48,423 nucleotides of DNA from NCBI RefSeq assembly GCF_006345805.1, contig NW_021834425.1, positions 1 to 48,423 of the forward strand, in the 5' to 3' direction. The stretch comes from Octopus sinensis (taxonomy: Eukaryota). The notes under the pieces were generated by a model. That model saw nothing but the letters and a program-made list of their open reading frames with translations. It searched no databases and was not told where the DNA came from. Shown one piece after another: positions 1-11,835 of the stretch; position 1 is the stretch's first letter; each line of letters starts with the position of its first letter. The position numbers and the translations under genes were made by a program.

Positions 1-901
1 AATGCTAGGGCTCTACTGTATCTGACTGATTCTGCTTTAATTGCTTTTTTTAGGGCATACCACCATCTGTTGTTGATGATGGTACCCGTCAAAGCTCTCT
101 TAACTAATGTACTGATCCGGTCCCTGTAACCTGTCGTGCTGTAAAAGACGCGTTCAGTTTCCAGTAACCAGGACCCTGCCTATGTGTCTTATCTAAGTCA
201 AGTGTACAAGTCACAAACTTGTGATCTGTGTAACTGACTATATGAAATTGTGGACAACCTACACTATTTTTATCTATTGTCCTACAGAATACTCTATCTA
301 AGTATGATCTGGACGACCCGATGCGGTTACTCCATGTCTACATTGGCACATTCGGGTGGTCCAGTCGGTACCTGTCAGACAGTTGGAAACGTCTGAGCAG
401 GCCTTTGAGGCATTTGCATCCCCTTCTATTGCTATCTCTGCCCACGTAGTCTAGATGCGTGTCCAGGGTGGCATTCCAATCCCCCACTAAAAGTAAAGGA
501 CGAGACGTTCCCATGAAAGACTCTAGACGTCGAAAGAAATCTGGTCGGCCTGTTAAGGACGGAGCATAAACTGCTATCAGTCGAAAAGCTCACTCATTGC
601 TGCCATCGATATCCAAAACGACCAGCCTACCCTCCGGGTCTAGGAAATTTGCTCTTACTTTGAGATCCAGACTCTTCCGGATAAGCACCGCGGTGCCACC
701 TCCGCCCATTCTCGGTAGACACGGAGAAAAATAAATGTTGAAATGTGTACCGAAAATGTGCTGGAGTGCCCGCAAGCTGTGGAGTCTGGTCTCACTGATG
801 GCTATGATATTCAGATTTAGTGATTTGATGTCATTTAACAGGTAGCCTTGTTTCCAAGGCGACCCCAAACCACGTACATTTATACTGCCTATTCTGAGCA
901 T
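1..901 (-). pseudogene. ORF2 APE endonuclease domain, disrupted
   Basis: ATG at 901 (MLRIGSINVRGL). Reading through the in-frame stops at 590-592 (TGA) and 338-340 (TAG) gives AFRLIAVYAP...LVGDWNA...TWSNRIGSSRSYLDRVF...YTDHKF...GPGYWKLNAS; a frameshift follows near 130. Confidence 0.85.
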
Positions 902-967
902 GTTCCGATAAAATTGTGTTTTACACACGAAAAGAAAGTGCAAAAAAGGAAAGAGAGAGAGAAAAGG

Positions 968-2658
968 TTACTTGTTGTTCGAAAGTCCTTTGTCTTTCAC
1001 CTCACGGTCTTCTTCTATGAGGCTTTTGTACAGTTTTTTCGATGAATACTTTTGAAATCTCCCTACTGCATCAGGGTAAAGAGATTTCAGGGTGCTGTAT
1101 GTGTTCTGTGTTACGTGTATTATTTTAATGTGTTGTGGTGGTGTTGTGTGTGGGTGGTTACTTGTTTTTATGTCGTTTCAGTTATGTTGGTGTTGACCTA
1201 ATGTGTTCCATTAGGTCGTGGTTGTTTGTGTTTATGACTGTCAACATGTTGGGGGGTTTGATGATGGTGTGTTTGTGTTGATGTTTTTTTTTCTGTGGAT
1301 GTTTTTGTTTCGGGAGTGGTGTATCTTCCTGCTTTTTTGTTACTTTTTCTTTTCTTTTTTTTCCCCTTTTCTTCTCCCCCCCCCCTGTGGCTATTTGCCA
1401 ATCTTCCGTGTCTTCTTCGTCTAATGACAAATCAGACGAATCAGAGCCTGGAAGAGGGAAATATTGGGGTCTATTGTCGACTGTGTTGATTTTTGTTTTG
1501 GTGTTGGTTGGTGAGCGTTTGGTTGTGGTGTATGCGTTTTGGAGGTGGGGTGTGGGTATTTTGTGTTTGAGTGATTGTAGTATTGTTGTGTTGTTTGGGG
1601 TCTCAATTTTGTGGGGATTTGGAGTTGTAATTGTTTCTTCATTTTCTCTGAGTGTCTTTTTGGCAGATGTCCTTGGTTTGGGAGTTGGTTTATTCTGTGT
1701 TGTTGTTGTTGGTGATGTTGCTTCTGTTCTTGGTGCTGCAGTTGGGTGGGTTTGTGGTTGGTGAGGTTTGTTCCTGCAAAACGTGGTGTGGAGTAACCTG
1801 GTTTATCGGTTTTTTTTCCGGCTGCTGTTGTTGTTGCTGTTGTTTTCTTGCGGCAGATTTGCAGTCTTTTTTTAGGTGTTGCTCACTGCCGCATATGTAG
1901 CAACGTGGTCTTCTGCCATCGACGACCACATACAACTTGTGGTCGTCTGATACACATATCTGGGTGGGTATTTTTTTAATGTCTTCTTGATGTATATGTA
2001 GAAGAAATTCTACTTTTTTCCCACCCAGTTTTTATGCTCCGTGACCGTGGTTTCTAAAATAGTAAAATTTGTCATTTTTACACATAAGGCCTTTACAAGC
2101 CATAGATTATTAGCTATTTTGGGGACATTGTTTAAAGTGATCTTAGTCACTTTCTGTCCCCGATAGCTTGGTGTAAGTTGGAGTTCATCTGAATGAAGAG
2201 TTAGCGTTGAGAAACGTCTAGCTAACTCTTCGGTGTGGAAAACCACTTGTATGTGGGCGAACTTGTTCCACCAGGTTACATAGTCTTTGTAGTTCCAGAT
2301 GGGTTTCAAGCATTTTTCTATTTTGCTTGTGGTAGCCTTCTCTGGGCTTTTTTTTTTTATTAATTATTTTATAATAATTGTTCTTTTTTTTTGTTTTTGT
2401 TGTTGGTGGGGGTCGGTGCAGTGGCAGAAGAGACAGCCGAGGCAGCAGATATCGAAATGGTGTCGCAATGTTGTTATTCTTGTTGTCATTGTTGTTGTTG
2501 TTGGTAGTTGAGGTAGTGGATGACGTGGTGGTGGTGGTGGTGGTTTGAGTATTATCCATTTTACTGTCAGCGCGTTTGTCGATTGTATTTTGCAAACTGG
2601 GAAAGTTTTCTTCAGAAAACATAGCAGAATATTTTTCCACTATAAGATTTCTTGACAT
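968..2658 (-). pseudogene. ORF1 (gag-like) of the L1/Tx1 element, broken by several frameshifts
   Basis: Consecutive minus-strand ORF pieces 2658-2218, 2309-2010, 1935-1690, 1642-1421 and 1430-1182, plus a C-terminal piece ...KKLYKSLIEEDREVKDKGLSNNK* ending at 968. C-x2-C-x4-H-x4-C knuckle CYICGSEQHLKKDC at ~1861-1902. Confidence 0.75.
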
Positions 2659-3074
2659 TATTATTTTTTTGTTTCAAGAGAAAAAATAAAATAGATTGAA
2701 AATGCCCTTATGGGCGATTTCTATATTTAACACAGGCTCAAACGAAAGTTGAGCGTTTGGAAAGTCACAACACTACGACAATGTGGAACGTAAACAATGG
2801 ATACAAACGAGAAGAAAGAGAACAGCGTTCGTAATTTACTAGAAACGCTTCGCCGACATTATGTTAAAAAACAAGTTATTGCAGCCAAAATTGTGAAATA
2901 TATTTGAGGCTGAAAATGCCCCTGGGGGCATAATCCCCTCCGGAAAATACACCCAGACGACAGCTGGGTGTCTTACACACTCCGTGTGCAAAATTTACAA
3001 CGAAACTTTTCGAGAAACACAATAAAATAAGTAGTTAACTTACGAGTCGATCTGTCAACGAATACTATCAAAAG

Positions 3075-3075
<1 letters not shown>

Positions 3076-3165
<90 letters not shown>

Positions 3166-3189
3166 GAGATAGATAGATAGATAGTTAGT

Positions 3190-3259
<70 letters not shown>

Positions 3260-3278
3260 TAGATAGATAGATAGATAG
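3076..3278 (+). repeat. (GATA)n microsatellite
   Basis: Directly visible, ~50 units with a few interruptions. Confidence 0.98.
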
Positions 3279-4179
3279 TTAAGTTGTATGTATATATATG
3301 CATGAGTTCAAGTGGGGTAAAACAATTGACTTTATAGTAGTGTATTAAAAAAAAAAGTCGGTATCTTATATAACTTGTTTAATGATAAGCCGTTTCTTTT
3401 CTTTGGCGGTGAATTTGGTAAACAGAAACATTAAATGCATTGCATTGATTTTTCTCTGGTACAGGAAGAAGACCAAATGCCTGGCATCTCTTCTGTCATA
3501 TTTGCTGCTAACTCTAGAATTTTTGTGAAATAAGTATCTGTGCATTATACCCAAAGAATGGATGAAATTAAACTTGTACACACAAACGTCGACCATCGCT
3601 AATAAATCGTTTATTGCATAAATAGAAGCACATAAACTAATGCTGCGCAGGATCAAGGAGAGACCTGCATTGCAATTTCCTAGCATTTATATAAAGGAGA
3701 AGATATTACTCTTTGATGTATTTATTAAGCGTAAACGACAGGTATTGAAATAAAACCTCCATATTTTGCGATGATGCTTGATTTGTGGCTTTCTGTATTT
3801 ACATATACATGGAGACAGACAAACGCAGCACACATAGACAAGGACACACTTATACAAACCAATAAACACACACATATATTCATATATATATATACACATA
3901 CATGTACAATGCTTATACACACATATATAACATATAAATACAGATATACATCATCTATATCTTTCTAACAAAATAATTTATATATCGTTTAAGAAGCAGA
4001 GGATTTAAATGTGAGCTACTATAAGTTTCATGCTCTGATAGTACAATAATCGGACAAGCTTGTATAGCGCGCTGTGAACTATCCTGTCATCTTTCAGGCT
4101 CAAAATACAACATGGCTTCTCTCGAAGAAAAAAAGCCTTTTTGTCAGAGAACATATATGTGTATGTGTGTGTATCTATG

Positions 4180-4308
4180 TATGTATGCATATATACATAC
4201 ATACACACATATACTATTGTATGTAAATATGCATATCCATCTATCAATGTATGTATGTATGTATGTATGTATGTATGTATGTTGTATGTATGTATGTATG
4301 TATGTATG

Positions 4309-4350
<42 letters not shown>

Positions 4351-4360
4351 TATATATATG
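4180..4360. repeat. Compound (TATG)n/(TA)n microsatellite
   Basis: Directly visible. Confidence 0.95.
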
Positions 4361-4543
4361 TAGGGAGAGTTTACGAAAAAAAACAAAAGACGAAGACAGG
4401 TGGTGTACAAAACAAACAGATGTATTAGTATAACGCTCAGGAATAGAAAAAGTCTTTTACGTTTTGAGCCGAAGCTCTTCTACAGAAAGGGACACAGAAA
4501 AAACGAGAGAAACAAGGAGAGTAAAAAATGTGTGTAGTGGCTA
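4361..4543 (-). mobile_element. Short (~180 bp) interspersed element abutting (TA)n, copy 1; carries a hammerhead-like motif
   Basis: Its reverse complement aligns over its whole length with 5415-5587 (roughly 90% by eye). Both copies end ...AACTCTCCCTA into (TA)n. Confidence 0.8.
4452..4493 (-). ncRNA. Degenerate minimal hammerhead-like motif (G12 to A)
   Basis: Minus strand GTC-CC-TTT CTGTAGA A GAGC-TTCG-GCTC AAAAC GTA AAA-GAC. Confidence 0.3.
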
Positions 4544-5315
4544 ACGATCTACATACACACACTACATTCATTCAAATGAATATATGCATAGATATATATA
4601 GGTATATAGGCATACGAGGGATGAAGTTAGGCTGGGAAACTAGAGAAGATGTGGTTTAAAATCAACACATATGAGGAAAGTTGGACACCACCCGACAAAT
4701 GATACAGGTGTAAGTAACTAAATCTGCTAGGATTTGTGAGGACAGCAGAGGTATCCTCAGTACTAAAGACATATCTCCCACTTAATATATACTCTTCAAT
4801 TCACTTCAAAGTCTCTTAGTGCTAACAACTTGAAGATAGCTCCATGAATAACTTTATGTTGAACGAGCTCATTATACAATCGAACAACAGGATGCAACCG
4901 GATACCTAAGATATCTTTACAATAGATACACGTATCTATGCAATAGAAACACGTTTCTGACATTGTAAGATATCTATATAATAGAAACACGTGTCGGACA
5001 GAGAGTTAAAGTGTACGTATTGTATATAATACTGTAATAAGCAAGGTTTGTAAATGTAAAGTTTTTCCATTCTGATTTTAACGTTTTAGATATACACTCT
5101 GCATAGCATATAAAATCCAATGAAGCGACTCAAGATTTACCCATCGGCTGAAATATCATGTAATTGTTTACGTTAAACAATTTCCCATTGTTCGATATCA
5201 TACGATGTGGTTAGCCAGAATAGAGTACTTGTAACATTGTAACGTACATGCCCGAATCATATATATATATATATATGGTATCTAACATAAACAGGACAAT
5301 TGGTAAAATAATTCC

Positions 5316-5365
<50 letters not shown>

Positions 5366-5414
5366 GTGTGTGTGTGTGTTCGTGTGTGTATTTGTGTGTG
5401 TGTGTGTGTGTGTG

Positions 5415-5582
5415 TAGCCACTACACACATTTTTCCTCTCCTTGTTTTTTTCTGTGTTCCTTTCTGTAGAAGAGCGTAGGCTCGAAACGTAAAAGACTTT
5501 TTCTATTTCTGAGCGTTATACTAATACATCTGTTTGTTTTGTACACCACCTGTCTTCGTCTTTTGTGTTTTTTCGTAACTCT

Positions 5583-5587
<5 letters not shown>
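5415..5587 (+). mobile_element. Short interspersed element abutting (TA)n, copy 2 (inverted relative to copy 1)
   Basis: See 4361-4543. Preceded by (TG)n and followed by (TA)n. Confidence 0.8.
5456..5497 (+). ncRNA. Minimal type-I hammerhead-like motif with non-canonical core CUGUAGA
   Basis: GTT-CC-TTT CTGTAGA A GAGC-GTAG-GCTC GAAAC GTA AAA-GAC: stem I, stem II, palindromic ACGT stem III and a GUA triplet. Core position 6 is U instead of A. Confidence 0.45.
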
Positions 5588-5640
<53 letters not shown>

Positions 5641-5765
5641 TCTGAGTAAATGCGCTAAGCAGTATTTACGTATAATCACAAAGTTTAGCAGAAATATGTT
5701 TGTCAGTGTATTTGCCTTTAGCAGTTGAAATGTGTGACAAACATATTTTAGCTAACCTAATTTGG

Positions 5766-5828
<63 letters not shown>

Positions 5829-6614
5829 ATATATCGTGCGTGTGTATTTATCAATCTATATATTCATACACATATGCACACAATATACATGCATATATAC
5901 TTATATGTATGATTACATATATATACACATGCCTTAAAACATGCATAATACTCATGTACATATGTACATGAATTATGTATATATATGTAGGTATGTGCTT
6001 ATATAAGCGTTAGTGCGTACGTATTTATAAACAGTTATGACTACATACATAGATACACGCATGTATATATGGATATACTACCTAAATACATCCATATATT
6101 CATACATGCATATACGTGCATACATAAATATATATTACATAAGTACATATATACATATATATATATATGTATGTATGTATATATATATATATATATTTAC
6201 ACGCATCGTTATTATCTTCTAATTCCCAATCATCTCTGTTCCTGTGTTTTCAACATCCACCTTCACCTTCGATTACTCTGTGTTCGATACAGCCAGCCAA
6301 TCAAACTGCATCTTATGTAATAGTATTATTTTTCTCCTGACATTAGACGTAAAAGAAAAAAAAAATGAACACCAAACAGCGAGGGAATGTCGAGTTAGCT
6401 GTTAGCTCTTCTTCCGAAACATTACACGGAATCTGTTTGAGTTCCAGTGTTTTGCCAACATTATCTCTATCTGTTTTGAAAGCATCACGATCTCCACTGA
6501 TGCTTCTTGGGAAAATTGGTTTATTGGAAATATTTATTTGTTTTTTAGACTGTTTTTCTTTGATTTTATTTCGGGTATTGTTTGCAGTTTATCAATATTC
6601 GTGAGGTTTAGGCA

Positions 6615-6682
<68 letters not shown>

Positions 6683-6748
6683 GTATGTATGTATGTATAT
6701 GTATATATATTACATATATATATATATATATATAATATATATATATAC

Positions 6749-6783
<35 letters not shown>

Positions 6784-7333
6784 TATATATATAAACAGGA
6801 AAGCAAAGTGATACGTACTTACATGCGCAAACTTCTATGCACATAAGTACGTATATACAAACACATATACATGTTTCTATGTGTCCGTTGGTTGCGTGCA
6901 TGCTTTTATGAATACACATGCATATGTAAGTATATATGTGTGTATGTGTGTATGTGTATGTGTGTGTGTGTGTGTGTATGTGTGTTATATATATCCAAAC
7001 TTGTGTATTTGTCCAAGATTGCGAAAAATAAAATGACAGAGAAATAAACTATATGCAGGAACGTGAGTATATAATATATATATATGTATATATGAGTGTG
7101 TGTGTATGTATGAGAATATATATATATATATATATATATATACAGGTAGGTAGATGAATAGATAGATGGTTAATAGATATATAGATAGATGTATATATAT
7201 ATATATGACTACGTATACATATGCATATACAAGCATAAACACACACACATATACATATATACATAAATACATACATACACACGCACTTACATTCACACAT
7301 GTATATATATATAAATATGTGTGTGTGTATATT

Positions 7334-7366
<33 letters not shown>

Positions 7367-7430
7367 CATACACAAACACATATATATGAATATGAATATA
7401 TGCGTACACACCCACCAATACATATATACG
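5586..7430. repeat. Cluster of (TA)n, (TATG)n, (TG)n and (CATA)n low-complexity tracts with short unique spacers
   Basis: Directly visible; source of the YIYI/MYVC ORFs in the track. Confidence 0.9.
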
Positions 7431-8337
7431 TTTCTAAATTTGTGTAAAATACATTGTATTAAGGTGTCGACGAAACACATCCCATATAATCTTCACTATT
7501 TGATAACGAAATCTCCGACGCTGCGGGCAGAACATTTCCTACAATAAACAATTTTGTTTCCATATTTTTGCTCATATGAAATCTATATTCATCACAGTAG
7601 TCGATATTGAATAGAAAACCAGATTACTACAAGGAAATAGGTTAAGCCACGTCTATTATTTTTGATTCCGAAGCAAGAAACCGCATAATTTATTTTCTTC
7701 TTCTTTCAAAATGGACGTATGGTAAATATAGCAGGCGACCTTTCTCTCAGATTCATCAATAGCCATTACGACATAGATGTTTACATTGCATGTAAGTGTA
7801 GGTGTGTTAAAGGTTCTTTCTATTTGAGGGCAGATCAGTTTGTCGTCAATTCAATATCGTGACATGTTTCTTTGGAGATCAAATTTTTGGGGCTTCCGTT
7901 GAAAAGTTAAAAATGTATTTATTCAACAATACTTTTATGGTATCCCTAGAAAAGAAATTGCAGTATTAGATCAATCTCTGACGTCAAATTCTCAAAGAAA
8001 TTTTTCTGTTGTTTCATGTACCATTTCTACGGACGTCAGTGATCATAGACCCAAGAGTCTTCTGTCACACATAAACACTTAACACACTGGATCGATCTTT
8101 TTTTAGCTACCTAGTAAAGCCCATTGATCACATTTTCTCTCTGAATTTACCTAGGCTTCACTTTCTTTCAATTTCCCCTTTTGTTACTATATGTTCAGGG
8201 CCATATTTTCACACATGACGTTCAATGAACTTTGATCGTTGATTCATTAAGCGAGTAATCTCTATTCGTCGAAACCAAGGTGTCAGCAATGTGGTCAGTA
8301 TCGGTCCCTGTGGTCCCTAAAGTTCTAGGTAGCACCT

Positions 8338-8440
8338 GTAACTCAGTGGTTCTCCAATAGAGACAGCTATTAGACTAAAAAATAAAAATAAATACTGGTG
8401 TCGATTTGTTAGACTAAACCCATTAAGGCGCTGCCCCAAG
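8338..8440 (+). mobile_element. Old 3' fragment of SINE family A
   Basis: Degenerate match to the family A tail (...AAATACTGGTGTCGATTTGTTAGACTAAA...AAGGCGCTGCCCCA). Confidence 0.5.
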
Positions 8441-8576
8441 AGTGAAGGTGAATTCCGCCCAGTCGCCCTCGACAATCTCCAAAGAGTTGGCCCTAAAATC
8501 CGTTTAAAAAACGTTCTAGCAGGTTTTATAAGGATGCACAAAGTATCGTCTCGATACTGAAAAATCGATAACGTCG

Positions 8577-8874
8577 CCCTTTTCGAGCCTAGCCAGGCTC
8601 ATGACCCGGTTTCTCGGTTTCTGTGGCGTATGTGTTCCCCTGAGCTGGACGGGACGCCAGTCCATCGCAACGTTACTCAAGAAGCAGGAAGAGAGAATGA
8701 GAGAAAGTTATAGCGAAAGAGTACAACAGGGGTCGCCACCACCCCCTGCCGGAGCTTCGTGGAACTTTTAGGTGTTTTCGCTCTATAAACACACACAACG
8801 CCCGGTTTGGGGATCGAAACCGCGATCCTTCGACCGCAAGTCTGCTGCTCTAACCACTGGGCCATTGCGCTTCC
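8577..8874 (-). mobile_element. tRNA-derived SINE: family B head with an alternative (V-domain-like) 3' half
   Basis: Head GAAGCGCAATGGCCCAGTGGTTAGAGCAGCAG...GGTTTCGATCCC (A and B boxes) matches 33169 and 33306. The tail contains GCGATGGACTGGCGTCCCGTCCAG, which resembles the V-SINE domain as I recall it (unverified). Confidence 0.75.
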
Positions 8875-9110
8875 GTCTCGATACTGATAGACCAGTTAAT
8901 CGGCCGATGGCAAGATATGACTGTTACTAAACCGTGGCTTTAACTTGGCAATTTATGGATACGGTTTCGAATCTGCTGCACCAGCATTGGTCAAAGATAT
9001 GATCAAACAGATTCCATAGAGGTTGGTGTTGGTCTGCGTCGGCAAGACATGCACTATTCAGTATAATCGATTGAACGTGTATAGTCAAACTGTCGTGCGG
9101 GAGTTGAAAA

Positions 9111-9144
9111 TCCGACGTTTCGGACAATGTCCTTCTTCAAGGGA
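9111..9144 (-). ncRNA. Minimal type-I hammerhead-like motif
   Basis: Minus strand TCC C-TTGAAGA A GGAC-ATT-GTCC GAAAC GTC GGA: stem I TCC/GGA, stem II GGAC/GTCC, palindromic stem III and a GUC triplet. A degenerate inverted copy lies at 9208-9250. Confidence 0.55.
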
Positions 9145-9352
9145 AAGTTGACAAGAGAGAAACTATGAGAGGATGTAAAACTCTGCCGTTTCTCATTAAT
9201 TGCTTTTTAGTCAACTTTCCCTTCAAAAAGTCTGTCTGAAACCTTGGATTTACCATTCCTCACGGCAAGTTCACTAGATTCTTTTAATCGATATTTTTTA
9301 ATATCAAATACAGGCACTGTGTCATAGTAAGTTTTCTTCCCAATTATATGAT

Positions 9353-9683
9353 TCTGGTTTCGCTTCCCCTGCGCAACACCTCCGGCAAGTGTTTTCTACA
9401 ATAGCCTCGGGTCGACCAAAGCTTTACAAATGGATTTGGTAGAGGAAAACTGAAAGGAGCTCGTCGAGCATATAAATGTGTGTGTCCGTGTTTTTCTCCT
9501 CCCCACCACTTGGCAATCGTTGTTGGTGTGTTTACGTCCCAGTAACTTAGCGGTTCGACAAAATAAACTGATAGAATAACCATTAGGCTTAAAAATAAGT
9601 ACTGGGGGCGATTCGTTCGGCTAAAATTCTTCAAGGTAGTGCCCCAGCACGGCCACAGTGTAATGACTGAAATCGGAAAAAAG
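9353..9683 (+). mobile_element. SINE family A, 5'-clipped, diverged
   Basis: Contains GGCAAGTG...ATAGCCTCGGGTCGACCAAAGC, GTAACTTAGCGGTTCG and the tail GTGCCCCAGCACGGCCACAGTGTAATGACTGAAA. Confidence 0.85.
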
Positions 9684-9984
9684 TTTAAAAAATAAATATC
9701 TGTCTTAGTTCGATATTTGACTAAAAAAACATTGATTGGTTAAAACTCGTCTGCAAAATACAGTGGGAAATAAAAACAAAGTATATATATTTTTTTTTAA
9801 AAAAGGAGAAAAAATGGTATTGGATTGAATGGATTAAGATCAATTTTGCTCGATAACCACAAAATAAAGAAATAATCAAATAAATTATTGAAGAAATTAA
9901 TTAATTAACGAAAATAATTAGATTTTTCAAACATCTGAGAATGCAAACATGAAACGGTCAGAAACAAAATGGCGGATTCTTTAT

Positions 9985-10280
9985 GCGTATATGTGTGCAT
10001 GTGTGTATGTGCACGTATGTATGTGTGTGTCTGAGTGAGTGTATGTGTATGTGCGTCTGTATGCGTTTGTCTGTATGTATGTGTGCATTTGTATAAGTAC
10101 CTGTGCGTGTATGTATGTTTGTACGTGTGTATGAGTATATGTGCATATGTGTTTCTATATGGGTGTATGTGTATATCCGTGTGTGTATGTGTGTATGTGT
10201 ATATGTGTATATGGGTTCCTAGCTGTTTGTATGTGTATGTGAATGAATGTGTACGTGTGTATGTATGAGTGAGCGTGTGC
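9985..10280. repeat. Cryptic (GT/GTAT)n low-complexity tract
   Basis: Directly visible. Confidence 0.9.
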
Positions 10281-10664
10281 TATTTTTGTTAGAGAGGAAC
10301 TGAACTTTTATGTTTGCTTTTACAAAACATATTTTTAAATTTTATGTCTTTTATTTAGTTTTGGGATTTTATTTGAAAATCTGACATTGATGGTGAAACT
10401 ACAGTTTTATAACATTGTATTCTAATAACTGTTGACAAAGACATTTCTTAAAAGACATAAATAATAATAATAATAATATAAAATAATATGGTGGGAGAGA
10501 GCGGGAGCCGGGTTCATTTTTATCCATTCTAATAAAACAAAAAATATTCAATGAAATTCGATTTAATGAGATAACAAAGGAAAGAGAAAGAATAAGAAAA
10601 ATATATATTGATAATAACAGTATTGGCAATTTGCAAATACCATTCGATAATAATACTAATACTA

Positions 10665-10765
10665 CTAATAATAACAACAAAACACCAATAATAATATAAT
10701 AATAATAATAATAATATAATAATAATAATAATAATAATAATATAATAATATAATAATTGATGATA

Positions 10766-10815
<50 letters not shown>
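10665..10815 (+). repeat. (AAT)n microsatellite
   Basis: Directly visible. Confidence 0.95.
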
Positions 10816-10816
<1 letters not shown>

Positions 10817-11009
10817 AGGAAATTGTGTAATAAAATTTAAAATAAAAGAAGCGAGCTATTATTAGCAAAATCTCGTTTGTATCGTCTGTCGCAGCGAGGT
10901 TAACGAGACCAGGAAGGTCGGTCATTGGAAATTTATTTTGTAAGATTATATGGTAGCCGATATGGTCCAAAAATATATACGAAAGAAAACCGAGATTTTA
11001 TTTTAATGC

Positions 11010-11218
11010 TAACTCTCTTTCTCTCCCTGCCACCTCTCACTCCCTCCCTCCCTCATCTCCCTCCTTTCACTCCCCCCTCTCTCTCTTCCTCACTTTTTCT
11101 TCCTCTTTTTCTCTCTGACTCGCTTACTCTTTCTCTCTCTTTCGCTCGTTCTGCACCTTTATTTTCCATTCTCTCTCTCTCTCACACACACAGACGCACG
11201 CACACACACACACACCCA

Positions 11219-11253
<35 letters not shown>

Positions 11254-11330
11254 TACACACACACGCACACACAAACAAACACACACACGCTCAGAAGCTC
11301 TCTCTCCCTCTATTTCTCGTTCAATTTTTC
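11010..11330. repeat. (CT)-rich then (CA)n tract
   Basis: Directly visible. Confidence 0.9.
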
Positions 11331-11362
11331 TTTGGTATGCTGATAATACAAAGAGGCTAAGC

Positions 11363-11710
11363 AGTGTCGTCTGATGGTGTAGAGCTACCTGACGGCGATA
11401 AAATCAAGGATTTTGAAACTAATGGATATAAATATCTGGGGATTTTGGAATACGATAAAACCCAGGTAAGTGAAATGAAGGAAAGCTTTAGGCGAGAATA
11501 CCTGAGAAGAACCACATTAATTATGAGAAGTAGACTCAATGGAAAAACAAAAAAACAAAATCAGGGCAATGAACACATGGGTTGTTTCTTTAATACGATA
11601 CGGCGCAGGTGCTGTCAGGTGGGCAAAGAACGAGCTTGAGGAAATGGACAGGAAAACTAGAAAGGTGATGACAATTAACAAAGAACTACACCCCAAAAGC
11701 GAAACTGACA
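11363..11710 (+). mobile_element. Internal fragment of an R4/Dong-like RLE retrotransposon (post-RT region), a different subfamily from 23817-29789
   Basis: GYKYLGILE...EMKESFRREYLRR...NKIRAMNTWVVSLIRYGAG..W...EL..MDRKTRK.MT....LHPKS parallels TYKYLGIHE...NKIIGINTLAVPVISYSY..W..NEL.KIDR.TRK..T...HPKS in the long copy; frameshift at ~11545. Confidence 0.8.
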
Positions 11711-11774
11711 ATTTTTTCGCCCTCATTTTAATTTTAATTTTAAATTAATACATTCTCAAACCGGCAAAAGCTAC

Positions 11775-11835
11775 TGCAGTAAATTATTTTATGCAGTATT
11801 ATTTCCGGTAATTTAGCGCCCCAAAACGAGAACTT
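11775..11835. repeat. Dispersed repeat fragment related in reverse orientation to 21575-21640; possibly a DNA-transposon end
   Basis: CTGCAGTAAATTATTT..TGC.G.ATT.TTTCCGG.A.TTTAGCGC.CCA.AAC is shared by both sites. Confidence 0.5.

Larger units (their letters stand above)
1..2658 (-). mobile_element. 5' portion of a decayed L1/Tx1-clade non-LTR retrotransposon (ORF1 plus start of ORF2); runs off the left edge
   Basis: ORF1 with a CCHC knuckle is followed ~70 bp later by an APE endonuclease ORF with L1/Tx1-type motifs (SINVRGL, AISETRL, GGGGTAVL, VYAP, GDWN, SYLDRVF, TDH, GPGYWKLNAS). The true 5' end lies somewhere beyond 2658 and was not resolved. Confidence 0.85.

Noticed and set aside
3366-3686. 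106-aa minus ORF and a plus-strand acceptor TTTTTCTCTGGTACAG near 3463
   Set aside because: No recognisable motif; all three frames after the acceptor stop within ~25 codons and no convincing donor follows.
6335-6590. ~80-codon Met-less open frame on the minus strand (IKEKQSKKQ...NSTFPRC)
   Set aside because: No usable splice sites or homology; the A-rich composition explains the lack of stops.
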